Positions 1 through 11,791 of a stretch of 64,000 nucleotides of DNA are shown piece by piece; within the stretch, counting starts at the first letter, position 1; each line of letters starts with the position of its first letter. The position numbers and the translations under genes were made by a program. The stretch is from the NCBI RefSeq assembly GCF_006345805.1, contig NC_043009.1, positions 22,878,001 to 22,942,000 of the forward strand. Reading direction: 5' to 3'. Below the pieces are notes generated by a model, which saw nothing but the letters and a program-made list of their open reading frames with translations, did not search any database and was not told where the DNA came from. Source of the DNA: Octopus sinensis (Eukaryota).

Positions 1-290
1 TATGAAACGATTTTATTTGTCAAGAAATGAAGTTCATTAAACCCTATCATGCTGTGTTCCTGCTATAGCGAGGAGGGGTTCAATGCCATCTCTACCGGAT
101 TCCCGGTGAAGAGGTAATGACCAGCAAATGTAGAAAAAGAAGATGCAGTAGGTTCTGTCCATTAATTTGCCTGCAATCATTAATTCTTGAGCTGTATAGG
201 CAGCTATTTATTTTTTTGATCAGGAGCCCAGGTAGAGGGTAAAGTTAGATACAAGAGGCCCTGGTCCGAGAGGGTTAATCAAGTATACCC
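1..290 (+). mobile_element. Highly decayed L1/Tx1-like reverse transcriptase fragment
   Basis: Broken reading '...GFNAISTGFPVKR(G)...LS..L...EPR..VKLD' resembles the L1-clade RT region leading into 'FPVKRGVRQGCPLSPLLF'. Positions ~150-240 are visibly homologous to ~19435-19530. Confidence 0.45.
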
Positions 291-624
291 TCTCTCCAAA
301 TTTGTTGCCAGTCATCATCATCAGTTTAACATCCACATTTCCATGCCTGCATGGGTGACAGAATTTGCTGTGGCAGATTTTATATGACTGGATGCCCTTC
401 TTCTCACCAGTGTTCACCCATTTCTAAGCAAGTTACCATTGCCCCATGGCCAGATGTTTTTGGAGTATTAAAAATGAGGAAAAATTGTTTGTGCAATGGT
501 GACACATTTAAAACCATGATGCTATGACAAAAACATGTGGTGGGGACACACACACTATGGGTTTCTTTCAGTTGACATCAAATTGTTAAAAGAAAATTAG
601 GATAGGAATGAGTCCTAATGAGAT

Positions 625-1519
625 GGAGGTGGATGTACATTTGTGCTTTGGCCACTCAACATGTCAATGAACAAGCCTTTTAAGATGAACATGTGTGCCA
701 AGTGGAATGAATGGATGATTAATGGTGACAAAGAAATGACAGTCTAGGAGCTTTAAAATGCCCTGACCTTAAGAGGGTTTACTAGTGGGTGATAGATTCA
801 TATGCTGAAATAGCGAGTGAACTTGCAGTGAAAACATTTTTGAAGTGCGGGATCTCAAATTCCATGGATGGTATGTAAGACGACGAGCTACTTTGTCTGT
901 GCAAGAAATGTTAGCCCCAGTGCTTCATCAGTTAATGAAGATGAGATAAGTGAAGACAAAGATCAGGCTGTATAGGACAAGACCAACACAACCAAGGAAT
1001 TTTATCAGTTATTTGGTGAAAGTGATGATGAATATAACTTGATTCTTCCTTTGTTTATTTATCCAATTTTTCTCACAGTGTTTTATACACTTCCTTACAA
1101 TTTAAAACGGTTTATTGTATTTTTTTTCCAATCATAGCACATATAACTGCATGGTTTTGTGTGTCAGTTGCTGGAAAAGTGTCCTAATAATAAAATGCAT
1201 AAATCAAAAAGTAAAGGTAAAGGATCGAAGCAATTAAGTCTCAATACGATAAACAAGTCAACTAGCGTTATCAAGGATAAAATTTTACATTATAAACAAC
1301 AGTTTCTAAATTCCATGGACTTAATGGGATCACAGTTGTTGTGAGTCATCTTCAGCTTACCGAAGGCTCGGTTACCAAACAACAACTATGTCTTTCCTCT
1401 ACAACATCAAAAAGTTGCTGCAACTTATAGTTGGGTCAATGATAAAACTCTCAATTTGAAACTTGTAATGTAAGGTGCATCTATAGGTGCGGGTGTTTTA
1501 TAGTCAAGTATATATGGTG

Positions 1520-1520
<1 letters not shown>
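625..1520 (+). mobile_element. pogo/Tigger-like (DDE_1) DNA transposon remnant: transposase C-terminus plus right terminal repeat
   Basis: 625-890 reads GGGCTFVLWPLNMSMNKPFKMNMCAKWNEWMINGDKEMT/GALKCPDLKRVY*WVIDSYAEIASELAVKTFLKCGISNSMDGM*DDEL. This matches the pogo DDE_1 C-terminal pattern (PGGCTS.LQPLDVS.NKPFK...W.EWM...SF.KCGISN.LDG.EDD). 1470-1520 reverse-complements to a TACC.TATATACT.GA.TATAA-type TIR. Confidence 0.8.
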
Positions 1521-1578
<58 letters not shown>

Positions 1579-1580
1579 CA

Positions 1581-1966
1581 TACTCTTTTCCTTGTTTCAG
1601 TCATTTGACTACAGCCATGCTGGAGCACTGCCTTTAGATGAAGAAATCGACCCCAGAAATTATTCTTTGTAAGCCTAGTACTTATTCTAGCAGTCTCTTT
1701 TACCGAACCACTAAGTGACGGGGATGTAAACACAACAGTGTCAGTTGTCAAGTGATGTTGGGGGACAAACATATACACATACATACATACATATATATAT
1801 ATGACAGGCTTCTTTCAGTTTTCATCTACCAAATCCTCTCACAAGGCTTTGGTCGGCCTGAAGCTATAGTAGAAGACACTTGCCCAAGGTGCCACGCAGT
1901 GGGACTGAACCCAGAACCATGTGGTTGGTAAGCAAGCTACTTACCACACAGCCACTCCTGCGCCTA
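1581..1966 (-). mobile_element. tRNA-derived SINE family 'A' (CR1-type tail), full-length copy
   Basis: On the minus strand: head GGCTGTGTGG..GGTTCTGGGTTCAGTCCC (A/B-box-like), CCTTGGGCAAGTGTCTTC core, internal (TA/CA)n linker, tail GCAGTGCTCCAGCATGGCTGTAGTCAAATGACTGAAAC. Many further copies occur, e.g. ~2368-2735(+), 4485-4875(+), 5165-5530(-), 14245-14645(-), 14715-15085(-), 15785-16190(-), 16200-16500(-), 26790-27190(+), 33505-33880(-). Confidence 0.9.
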
Positions 1967-2138
1967 TATATAAATATATGTATATATATGTGTGTGTGTG
2001 TGTGTGTATATTTATGTATATATATATTGTAGTTTGCTACATTCCAGTCTCATAACTGCATTGAATTATAGTTATGTTATCTATGCAAAGGTAGGCTAGG
2101 TAATCAGAAACATGACTCCCATAATATTTGAATAATAA

Positions 2139-2327
2139 CAGAAGCCAATTATTTGTATATCGATTACATTTAATAATACTCACATTTCAAGTGCTTATGT
2201 AGTTATCCACTTTGCTTGGACATTTCAAGAGAAACACCTTGGAAATTTCATATTTGCTTCTGTATACAGAACCACTTGAAACGTGTGTTTCATTAAATGT
2301 ATTCAAAATACCAATAATTGGCTTCTG
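2139..2327. repeat. Long imperfect inverted repeat (MITE-like or hairpin element)
   Basis: ~62-bp arms: CAGAAGCCAATTATTTGTAT..TTACATTTAAT..CACATTTCAAGTG versus the reverse complement of CACTTGAAACGTG..ATTAAATGTAT..ATACCAATAATTGGCTTCTG. Confidence 0.7.
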
Positions 2328-5300
2328 TCGTTAGTCAATTACATGTGAATGAAGATATACATAAACACAGGCATGGCTGTTTGGTAAGAAGCTTGATTCC
2401 CAACCACATGGTTCCAGGTTCAGTCCCATTGTGTGGTAACTGGGGCAATTGTCTTCTACTATAGCCTCAGGCTGACCAAATCCTTGTCAGTGAATTTGGT
2501 AAATTGTGTGTTTGTGTGTGCTGCGTGTTTTCATTTTCTTCTACCCCCACTTGACAATTGATGTTGGTGTGTCTACATCCCTGTAACTTAGTGGTTCAGC
2601 AAAAGAGTTTGATAGAATGAATACCAGGCTTTAAAAAAAGTACTGGGGTTGATTAATTCAACTAAAATTTCTTTAAGCTAGTAAGTACCCCAGCATGGCC
2701 GCAGTCTAGTAACTGAAACACACAAAAGATAAAAGATATATATCATCATTGTCATACATCTGTTTTTCATGCTGGCATGGGTTAGACAGCTTGACCAGTA
2801 CTGGTAAGCTGGAGAGCTGCACCTGGCTGGAGTTGTCCATTTTGGTCTGGTTTCTATGGCTAGAGGACCTTCCTAGTGCCAGTTGTCTCTTTTGAACATT
2901 AATTTGCACATCCAGCTTTGCTTGGCCGTGCTTTGTCAGTTTACACAATACTTAGTTTGCATACTATCGCTTTTGTACAGTTCTGATTCCCTCATGGGTC
3001 GGATGGTTAAGCAGGCAATTACGAGCCAGAGAACTGCACAGAGCACCAATGTCCGTTTTAGCACGGCTCCTACCACTGGAAGCCCTTCCCACTGCCAACC
3101 ATTACAGAATGTACTGTGTACTTCTTTTTGGCACCAGCACTAGTCAGGTCACTATATCATCATCCTCATCATCATCATCATCCTTTAATGTCTGCTTTAC
3201 ATGCTGGTATGGGTTGGACAGATTAACCAGAGCTGGCAAGCTGGAGAGCTGCAACAAGTTCCAGTCTGATTTGGCTTGCTTTCTCGGACTGGATGCCCTT
3301 CCTAATGCCAACCACTTTACAGTGTGTGCTGGGTGCTTTTAACATGGTACTAGCACAAGGGCTTTTTATATGGCAATAGCACAAGTGCTTTTTACGTAGC
3401 ACTGGCACAAATACACATGTGCACACACAAACCTGCACAAAAATTGTATTTGTTATTCCCATTTGAATAAATAAATGTTTAAATATTGTCTGTGTGGTTT
3501 TTTAATATAATTGTTTGTCAACAATTATATTAAAAAAAACGTACACCGTTTCGATTTGCACAGTGATTCACAGAATCACTTCACCATATAAAGCAAGGAG
3601 CACCTGTATATATTTTCACAGCTGAATTCCCTTTCTAAAAGCGCATCACTCAGCTATGAAGTTGTAGCATCAATTATTTTATTTTTTTCTCTTTGACAGA
3701 CAAAAGCAATTTGATGAACCATAACTCATTGTGTGTGTGTGTAATGGCTTTTATCAAAGTTTGCTTGCACTGCCGACACGGTATTCAACTATTATTCTTA
3801 GAAATTGTATTTAACTGCAGCTTATCCTAATGGGGAATTTAAGAGATTTAAGAGATAGTTACTGTGTAGTAGTAATTCGTATTAAACTGAAAGATAATCA
3901 TTTTATTTTTGGTATATATGTCACCACAAACTAGTACTAAAAAATGTGAGGTAATCTCACTGCAAATTTCGCAATGGATTCTATGTCTAAATATAATCAG
4001 TTGATTGCTTTTCAGATAATAAATTGCTGAATCATTATAATCCATCTTTAATCCAAAGAGAATTTAACTAGAAGCAAATCTCTTTTAACTAGTTTTATAA
4101 TGTCGTTCATTCGTTCTTGTGATATTTTGGTGAATGGGGTGTTCCTGAGGAGAGGGTTGTATTAATGTTAAACAGGCATGAACTCAATTTTCTGTGTCAA
4201 GCTCTTTACATTAGATGTTATTGAAGAGAGAAATTCTCTTCAAAGATATGACAGGCACCTGTGTGTGTGTGTATGTGTCTGTAGGCATGATTGTTTGGTG
4301 AAGAAGCTTGCGTTGTTATCACATGATTTCAGGTTCAGTCCCTTTGCGTGACACTTTTGTCAAGTATCTTCTTTAGTCCTGCACTGACCAGTGCCTTGGG
4401 AGTGGGATGACAAACTATAGAAGCCCATTGTGTGTGTGTCTTTGTACCCTTGCCACCAGACTTTAAAAAAAAAGAAAAGAAACATAGGCGCAGGTGTGGC
4501 TGTGTATTATGAAGCTTGCTTCCCAACCACATGGTTCTGAGTTCAGTCCTACTGTGTGGCGCCTTGGGTAAGTGTCTTCTGCTAGAGCCTCAGGCTGACC
4601 AAAGCCTTCTTAGTGGATTTGGTAGACAGAAACTGAAAGAAGCCTGTCATGTATATATAATTATGTGTATGTATTTGTGTGTCTATGTTTGTCCCCCCAC
4701 TATTGCTTGACAACCGATGTTGGTGTGTTTACGTGCTCGAAACTTAGCGGTTCGGCAAAAGTCACAGATAGAGTAAGTACTAAACTTACAAAGATTAAGT
4801 CCTGGGGTTAATTTGTTCAACTAAAGGCGGTGCTCCAGCATGGCTGCAGTTAAATGACTGCAACAAATGAAAGATTAAATAAATAATCTATAGAAGCCCT
4901 TTGCTTGCGTGTGTGTGTGTCTCTGTACCCTTGTAACAGAAGTAGTGGGGTTGATTTGTTAGGCTAAATGCTTCAAGGTGGTGACCCAGCATGTTCCACA
5001 GTCCAATGACTGAAATGAGTAAAAGATAAGAGAGAAAGGGGAGAATGCAAATACAGAAGCCACATACAAGAGAGGATAGATTAAAGACGTGAGGTTTCCT
5101 TAAAGCATGAAGTGTCAATGAGGAAAACAGGCACAGGTTCAAATCCCACTTGAGAGTTATATTCTTTTATTATTTTACTTCTTACAGTCAGTTGACTGTG
5201 GCCATGCTTGAGCACTGCCTTGAAGGGTTTTAGTCAAGCAAATCAATGCCAGAGCTTCCTTTGTCAGCCGAGTACTTATTCTATCAGCCTCTTTTGCCAA

Positions 5301-6571
5301 ACTGCTAAGTTACAGGAACGTAAACACACCAACACTGGTTGTCAAGCAGTGGTGGGGAGAGACACACACACGATGGGCTTCTTTCAATTTCCACCTACCA
5401 AATCCACTTGCAAGGCTTTGGTCAGCCCAAGGATATAATAGAAGACATTTGCCCAATGTGTCACATAGTGAGACTGAACACAGAACCATGTGGCTGGGAA
5501 GTGAGCTTCTTACCACACGGCTATGCCTGTGCCATATCTTTAACAATTTTTCATATGTAGCCTTCACAAACTTTGTAAAATATATCAATATCTATCTACC
5601 GTTCACTTACGTTGACCAGCAATAAATTTAGTTGAAGGCACATCCTGACACCTCATTGCCATTATGAGAAATGGATTTTGTCGAGTGCAGAGTGTGTAGC
5701 AGTTTCATTATGTTAAATCGTCAATGAAACCATAGATTTCAGTTTTCCATTTTGCATGCTGCATCCTTATATTTGTTTTTTTTTTTGTCTCTTATTCTAT
5801 TCTCCATTAGAGTACTGGAAAAACTGCCTAAAAATATTTGTTCAGACTGTCTTCATTCTTGGTTCAAATCTTGTCCAGGTCAACTTTGCATTTCGTCCCC
5901 CTAGGATCAATGGAATCAATTAATTGCCATCCCTCAAAATTACTGGCATTATGCCTAAATCAGAAACAACTGCTATTATTATTATTGAGTGAGAGAGCAA
6001 CACACGTCATCAAATAAACAAAGCCCAATGCACCCATCTTCACTATCTGTCTGATAAGGGAATACCTGGCACATGCATCACAACCACATGTGCACAACAT
6101 GGTGACCTGACCTCATCAAGCTAAACAATGCATGACCTTAGAGATGTGGGGACCAGTTAGAATTTTCTTGGGGTCAAGTAGCCCATCCCAGTCAAGGCAG
6201 TGAGCTGGAAAAATCAGTAACATGTCGGATAAAATGCTTACTGGCATTTCATCCATTCTTTTTTTTTTTGGTGCCAAGGTCAACTTTGCCTCTCATCCTT
6301 TAGTTGAGCAATGGGGGGGGGGGGGGGGTCAAAGTAATCAACTACCCCATCCATTGCCCTCCCCCAAAATACTTTGCTTTATTTGTTCTGATTCTTTACA
6401 TTCTGAGTTCAAATCTTGCTGAAGTCATTTTATCCTTGGGTTGATAAGTAAAGCATCAGTCAAGTATTGGGTTCAATTTAATCAACTGATTTCATCTTCC
6501 CCACCAAATATTCTGGCTTCTTGCTTGTATCAGGCATTATTATTATTATTATTTAAATCTTGGGTGGGGGG

Positions 6572-6850
6572 AAACCGGGTGCTCTGTCGGTTACCATGGC
6601 AAGGGCTCAGTTTGATCCGATCACCCGAGCAGACTGCTCATGAAATTGATGTACAATGTCGCTGAGCACCCCAGACACACTCACCTGTAACATAGTTCTC
6701 AGGGGGATTCAATATGACACAGAATGTAACAGGACTGGCCTTTTGACTTACAGGTATAACTCATTTTTGCCAGCTGAGTGGACTGCCAACAATTGAACTC
6801 ATGACCTTATGACCATGTGCCAAATACCCTAACCACTAAGCCATGCACCT
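6572..6850 (-). mobile_element. tRNA-derived SINE family 'C' copy
   Basis: Minus-strand head GCATGGCTTAGTGGTTAGGG..GAGTTCAATT. The body is homologous to 27512-27835 (CCACTCAGCTGGCAAAAATGAGT). Confidence 0.7.
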
Positions 6851-8182
6851 TTGCTATTATTCTAAATCCTAATTATTTAGGAAAGGGGCTATTTTTTCCC
6901 CCTTTTTTTTTATAAGAATTATATTTCTATTATCTTTATATGGTTACTTTTCAAATAAGATTTCCACCTTCAGAATATTTAGCATTACTAAATTTTATTT
7001 TTCTATTTATCAATTTTTTTTTGTCATTAATGTTTTTATTCTATAAAAACTTTCACTAAAATATCTTTCTTTCTTTTTTCTATTTATTTACTTATTTCAT
7101 TTTCTTCACTGTTTACAATTTGCTTCATATTCTTATCTCGAAATCAATAAATTATCTTTAAAACTTCCATTTTTTTCTTCATCTCTTTTTTTTTCATTTT
7201 TTATTGATTTATTTTTTCATTCCCATTCCTTAACTTTGCAAATTGCTTCATTTTATTGATTTTTTTTTTTTTTATTGTACAATATAGTCTTCTGTGGTTC
7301 AACACAATGTTTGTGTGTGTGTGTGTGTGTGTATATTTGCATGTATGTGTATGTGAGTGTGCACACATATATGTTGATACATTGTATATATGTGTTTGTA
7401 GTGTGTTCGTCTTTAAATAGATGAATATAAATATATATATATACATTCATGTACAGTTATTTTGGAAAGGGTTTATTGCAAATGTTTATAATTTTTTTTT
7501 CTACCAGGGTGGTTGGTGATGATTGTTGCAGGTACGAATGTACAAATGTGAAATACAATTTTCAAATTACCTGTCTGTTTCTTTGTTTCTGTATTCATTT
7601 TTCATGCTAATTGTATTTAAGACTTATTTGTTGTTGTTGTTATGAAGGCAGTGAGCTAGCAGAATCGTTTGCATGCTGGGAAAAATACTTGGTGGTATTT
7701 TGTCCGACTTTTATGTTCTGAGCTCAAATTCTGTCGAGGTTAACTTTGTCTTTCATCCTTTCAGGGTCAATGAAATAAGTACCAGTTATACACTGGGATC
7801 AATCAAATTGACTATCCCCCTCCCCCAAATTGCATACCTTGTGCCCCTAATAAAAAGGATTATTATTATTATTATCATTATTATTATTATTAATATTGTT
7901 CACTAGATAACAATGGCACTCTTTTAATTTTGACTCTATATCTTCTGGAGGAGTTACCTCAATCCTTTATATATTAACCAAAATGAAGGAGATTGACAAA
8001 ATTATTTTTTGAACCAGTTGAAGACACACGAGATGTCGAAATATCGTTCACTAGATAACAATGGCAATCTTCTTTTAATTTTGACTTATTATTATTATTA
8101 TTATTATCATAGACCAGTGGATTAGTAGTCTCATTAGGGCAATGGACAAAATGCTTTTGCAGTATCTCTTCCAACTCTTTAA

Positions 8183-8396
8183 CCCTTTCCTTACTGTATT
8201 TATTTTGAGATACTCTATGTTTCTTTCAATTACTTTAAATATAACAAAGGATTTTAGTAAAATAACTTAGTTATCATTCTACTAGTGTTAAGAACATAAA
8301 TTGTGACTAAGGTTTGGTGGAAGATTTTAATTCAAAACTTGTGAAAACAAGACATTTGTACTCAGAGCCGGTTTCAGCCGGGTTGGTAATGACAGG
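8183..8396. mobile_element. piggyBac-type MITE
   Basis: Flanked by TTAA (8179-8182 and 8397-8400). Left end is CCCTTTCCTTAC and the right end is a degenerate GGTAATGACAGG. Similar in size and ends to 22805-23020. Confidence 0.75.
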
Positions 8397-8402
8397 TTAA
8401 AC

Positions 8403-8724
8403 CAGGCCTGGACAACTCAAATTACATTGTGGGCCACTTTAATCACAGAAAGGTTTTTGAGGGCTGCTTGTATACTTACTGAATTGAAAGCATTTAGCTT
8501 TTCTTGCATTATTATTACAATAATGAATGAATGATTGATCGTTGAGTCAACATGAAATATTTTCATTGCAGAAACAATAGTATCATTCTTTTTTTACTTT
8601 TCATTACAATCTTTAATTTTTGATAAAATTTTTAAAATGTTTGTTTAAATAAACCCATTTCAAGAAAGTATCAAGCTGTCTGTGGGCTACGTTTGGCCCA
8701 CAGGCCTCAGGTTGGCCAGCCCTG
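8403..8724. mobile_element. hAT (Charlie-like) non-autonomous element
   Basis: TIRs CAGGCCTGGACAACT / AGGTTGGCCAGCCCTG. The 8-bp TSD CTTTAAAC is present on the right (8725-8732) and is reconstituted on the left once the piggyBac MITE is removed. Confidence 0.8.
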
Positions 8725-8946
8725 CTTTAAACTTGGAGTTTGATTACCACAAAGGTAGTCATTACCTCTCATCATTGATGAAATAAGTAGCAGTTGAGTA
8801 CTTAATACTGGTGTTCATGTGAACGACTAGTCCCATCCCTAAAATTTCAGACCTATAGTATTTCAGACTATAGTAGAAAGAGGTTATTATTATTGGCACT
8901 TGGTAGCCAATTACTTACATGGTCTCAAATTCCATTCACTCATACA

Positions 8947-9046
8947 NNNNNNNNNNNNNNNNNNNNNNNNNNNNNNNNNNNNNNNNNNNNNNNNNNNNNN
9001 NNNNNNNNNNNNNNNNNNNNNNNNNNNNNNNNNNNNNNNNNNNNNN
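8947..9046. other. Assembly gap (100 N)
   Basis: Exactly 100 N, typical of a placeholder scaffold join of unknown true size. Confidence 1.
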
Positions 9047-9492
9047 ACAACTTATGTGGATTTTTCTCCGAAATTGCTGATATCATTGATGTGATATTTT
9101 ACTTATACACACACATATATGTACATACATATATACATTTATGTACATACATACATTTATATATATGTATATATATATGTACATACATACATACATACAT
9201 ACATACATACACGTGTGTATGTGTGTATACTACACACAGTGTTTTTAACGATGTATCCAATGTATCTCAAATGCCAATTCAGTTATAAATAGTAGTTCAA
9301 AATACACAGGATTAAAAAGCCCCTTGGATGGAGATGGGGTTACAAAAGGCAGCAAACCACCTATGGGAGTCAAACCACCCATCTACTGTAATCTAGTGGT
9401 GTTACTCTTACACCAAATTCAATTTCCAACCTCCATGTACCAAAATTAGACATTGTAGTCACAGAAGCGTAAAAGCAAGTTTATAACGTACA

Positions 9493-10135
9493 TACGAGGT
9501 GCAATCAAAAAATATCTGACTTTATTTTTTTTCTGCCAAAACTAATGCTGTGTCAGCAAAATCCTTTGGGTGGGAAGTGACGCTACCCTTCCTGTGCGTG
9601 CATGAACATTTTTGAACTGGTAGGATGTATCCTTTGGGTTGGAGATGACACTACCCTTCCTGTGCATGCATGGATATTTTTGAACTGGTGGGATACGTCA
9701 GTTTATGGCTGCTATGCCTAGAGTACAGATGTGAGGTGAATGCTGATCGGATTTTCATATTCACACAAGATAAACAATCACATAAAGCAGAAACCATTAA
9801 CCTATATCTCATCACCATGACGTCTGGGTTGTGGCTTGCACAGTGCAGCATGTCCTGAGTGATTGCCATGTAGAGCTGTTTCTGCTGCTCTGCCAGAAGC
9901 TTGGGGACAAATATGACTGACACTCCTTGCATGCACAAATCCCCCATTAAAATGGAATGCACTGATCCTAAGCTTACTCCCACCTAGTGAGCAATTTCCT
10001 GGATTGTAACATGACAGTCTTCCATGACTATTTACCAAATTGTTTGAATCAGCTTCTCATTTCGGCTTGTGGATGGCCTGCTTGAGCCTACCTCACTCTC
10101 AACTGAGAACGGTTGTGCAACTCTTTGATCAGGCC
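9493..10135. mobile_element. Mariner transposon remnant with internal inversion
   Basis: TA + CGAGGTGCAATCAAAAAATATCTGACT terminus and 5' region on + (9493-~9792), including a 68-bp tandem duplication at 9561-9696. The transposase segment lies on minus (10135->9793): QIKE..NRF..SVESE.RSSRPSTSRNE..GVSLGSVHSIL..FVPKLL..QKQL..GDE(T)(W)V.G. Confidence 0.8.
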
Positions 10136-11476
10136 GTATGGTTAACCACATGGTTTTAGGTTCAGTTCCACTACATGGCAACTTAGGCTTTGGTCAATCT
10201 GGTGTTATAGAAGTCACTTGCCCAAGATGCTGCACAGTGAGACTGAACCTGGAACCATGTGGTCAGGAAATAAACTCCTTGCCTCTCAGTCATGCCTTCA
10301 TAGAATTAGAAAAAAGACATTTAAAATATCACCCAAAATAGCATTAGAAGCAAGCAGACATTTGCAAATAGCTAAATGTAGCACTGACAGCCTATCTTTA
10401 TTCTGATTGGTCAATCCATTTTTAATCTGACTGAATTCTACCCGACATTGCATTTGTCAATTCCTGCTACAATGGGAATAGCATTGAGCATTGAGTTTGA
10501 AATTCCAAGAAACTCAGGAATACTGACTGTCTAAACAGGTTAAATCAGTAAAACATGAGCAAGGGCAATAATTAAAATAAAATAAAAATTTAAAAAACAG
10601 GAAAAATTAAAGAAGATTTCCCAAGTAATTAAAATCAGAAATAATTAATGTGGGAAGGTTGAGAAGGGTTTGTCTGATTTGATCTTTAACAGACATGCAG
10701 ACAAAGCCAAACATATTTCGGGCTAATTATTTCTATTGACAGGAATGAATAAACATTAAGAATAAAATAAACAAATATTAAAAAGCAACCAAAATATTTT
10801 AAGAACAAATTAAATGAAAATTAAAGAAACATTTTACAGATTGTTAATTTTAATTTAACGAATAAACATTGTTGATAGAGAGCTATAACTTCTTACAGAC
10901 TGGCAGTGCTGGGCAAGGTTTGTGAAAATACGCAACAACAGAATTTAAAAAGGGAGAACAGTAATTGATGCTGTTGAGTAGCTATGAGGAAATGGCAGGT
11001 GTTTCATGTGACATTTGATTAAATTATTCAAAGGTAGACAGCTTGAAATCAACAATCAGAGAAATTCGATACTCTGGGACGAAGATGGTGGTAGTGGTGG
11101 TGGTTTAGATAAGGGGGGGGGGTAGCCAAGGACAACAAAGAACACTTTTATCTACAACACAACCACCATCATCATGTGAAAATCATGCTATGTCCAGTTT
11201 CAGCATTGGCTAGTTTATGTTATGAAAATTCAGGTTAGCATCAACTATCTTATATCTTTTACATGTTTCAGTCATTGGACAGTGGCCATGTTGGGGCACT
11301 GCCTTAAAGTGTTTTAATCAAACATTTCAACATATTCTTTTAAGCCCAGTCCTTATTCTATTGACCAAACTAAGTTACATGGATATAAACAAACCAACAC
11401 TGGTTTTCAAGCAGTGGCAGGGAACAAAGACACACACATATATATGCACGCCGATTATATATATATATTTACTACA

Positions 11477-11791
11477 TTATTTACATTCGACAGATATTTG
11501 TCCTCATCTTGTTTGTTGTTAACCCTCCAACCTTCTTTAGGTGTCTTGAGGAAATTTCGAACCTGGGTTCTCATTCCTAAGGTATTTTTTCGATATTATT
11601 ATTATTATTATTGTTGTTGTTAGTGTTCAGGTGACTGCTTAGAATCGAACTCAGAATCTTGGAGTTAGTAGCCCACGCTCTTAACCACTATGCCATATGC
11701 CATAGTGGTTAACAACAAACAAGATGAGGACAAATATCCGTCGAATGTAAATAACGTACATAATTCCTCATCTCTTAAATATAGAACTGTA
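11477..11791 (-). mobile_element. tRNA-headed short element with 47-bp inverted terminal arms (Penelope-like tail suspected)
   Basis: Arms 11477-11523 and 11708-11754 are inverted with 1 mismatch. The minus-strand head GGGCATATGGCATAGTGGTTAAGAGC..GAGTTCGATTC at 11701->11628 has A/B boxes. Confidence 0.6.

Noticed and set aside
69-113. Apparent + strand 45-nt exon (AG..GTAATG; EEGFNAISTGFPVKR)
   Set aside because: Better explained as a decayed L1/Tx1 RT segment preceding the QG motif. The adjoining 'intron' is homologous to another LINE scrap at 19435-19530.
7508-7531. + strand 24-nt microexon candidate (TTTTTTCTACCAG|..|GTACGA)
   Set aside because: The splice signals are good, but no partner exons were found on + and the better exons are on minus. 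Such short hits arise by chance in 64 kb.
11628-11701. tRNA-like sequence (also 63930-64000 and other SINE heads)
   Set aside because: A/B boxes are present, but the acceptor stem and cloverleaf are incomplete and each runs into a repeat body. These are SINE heads, not tRNA genes.
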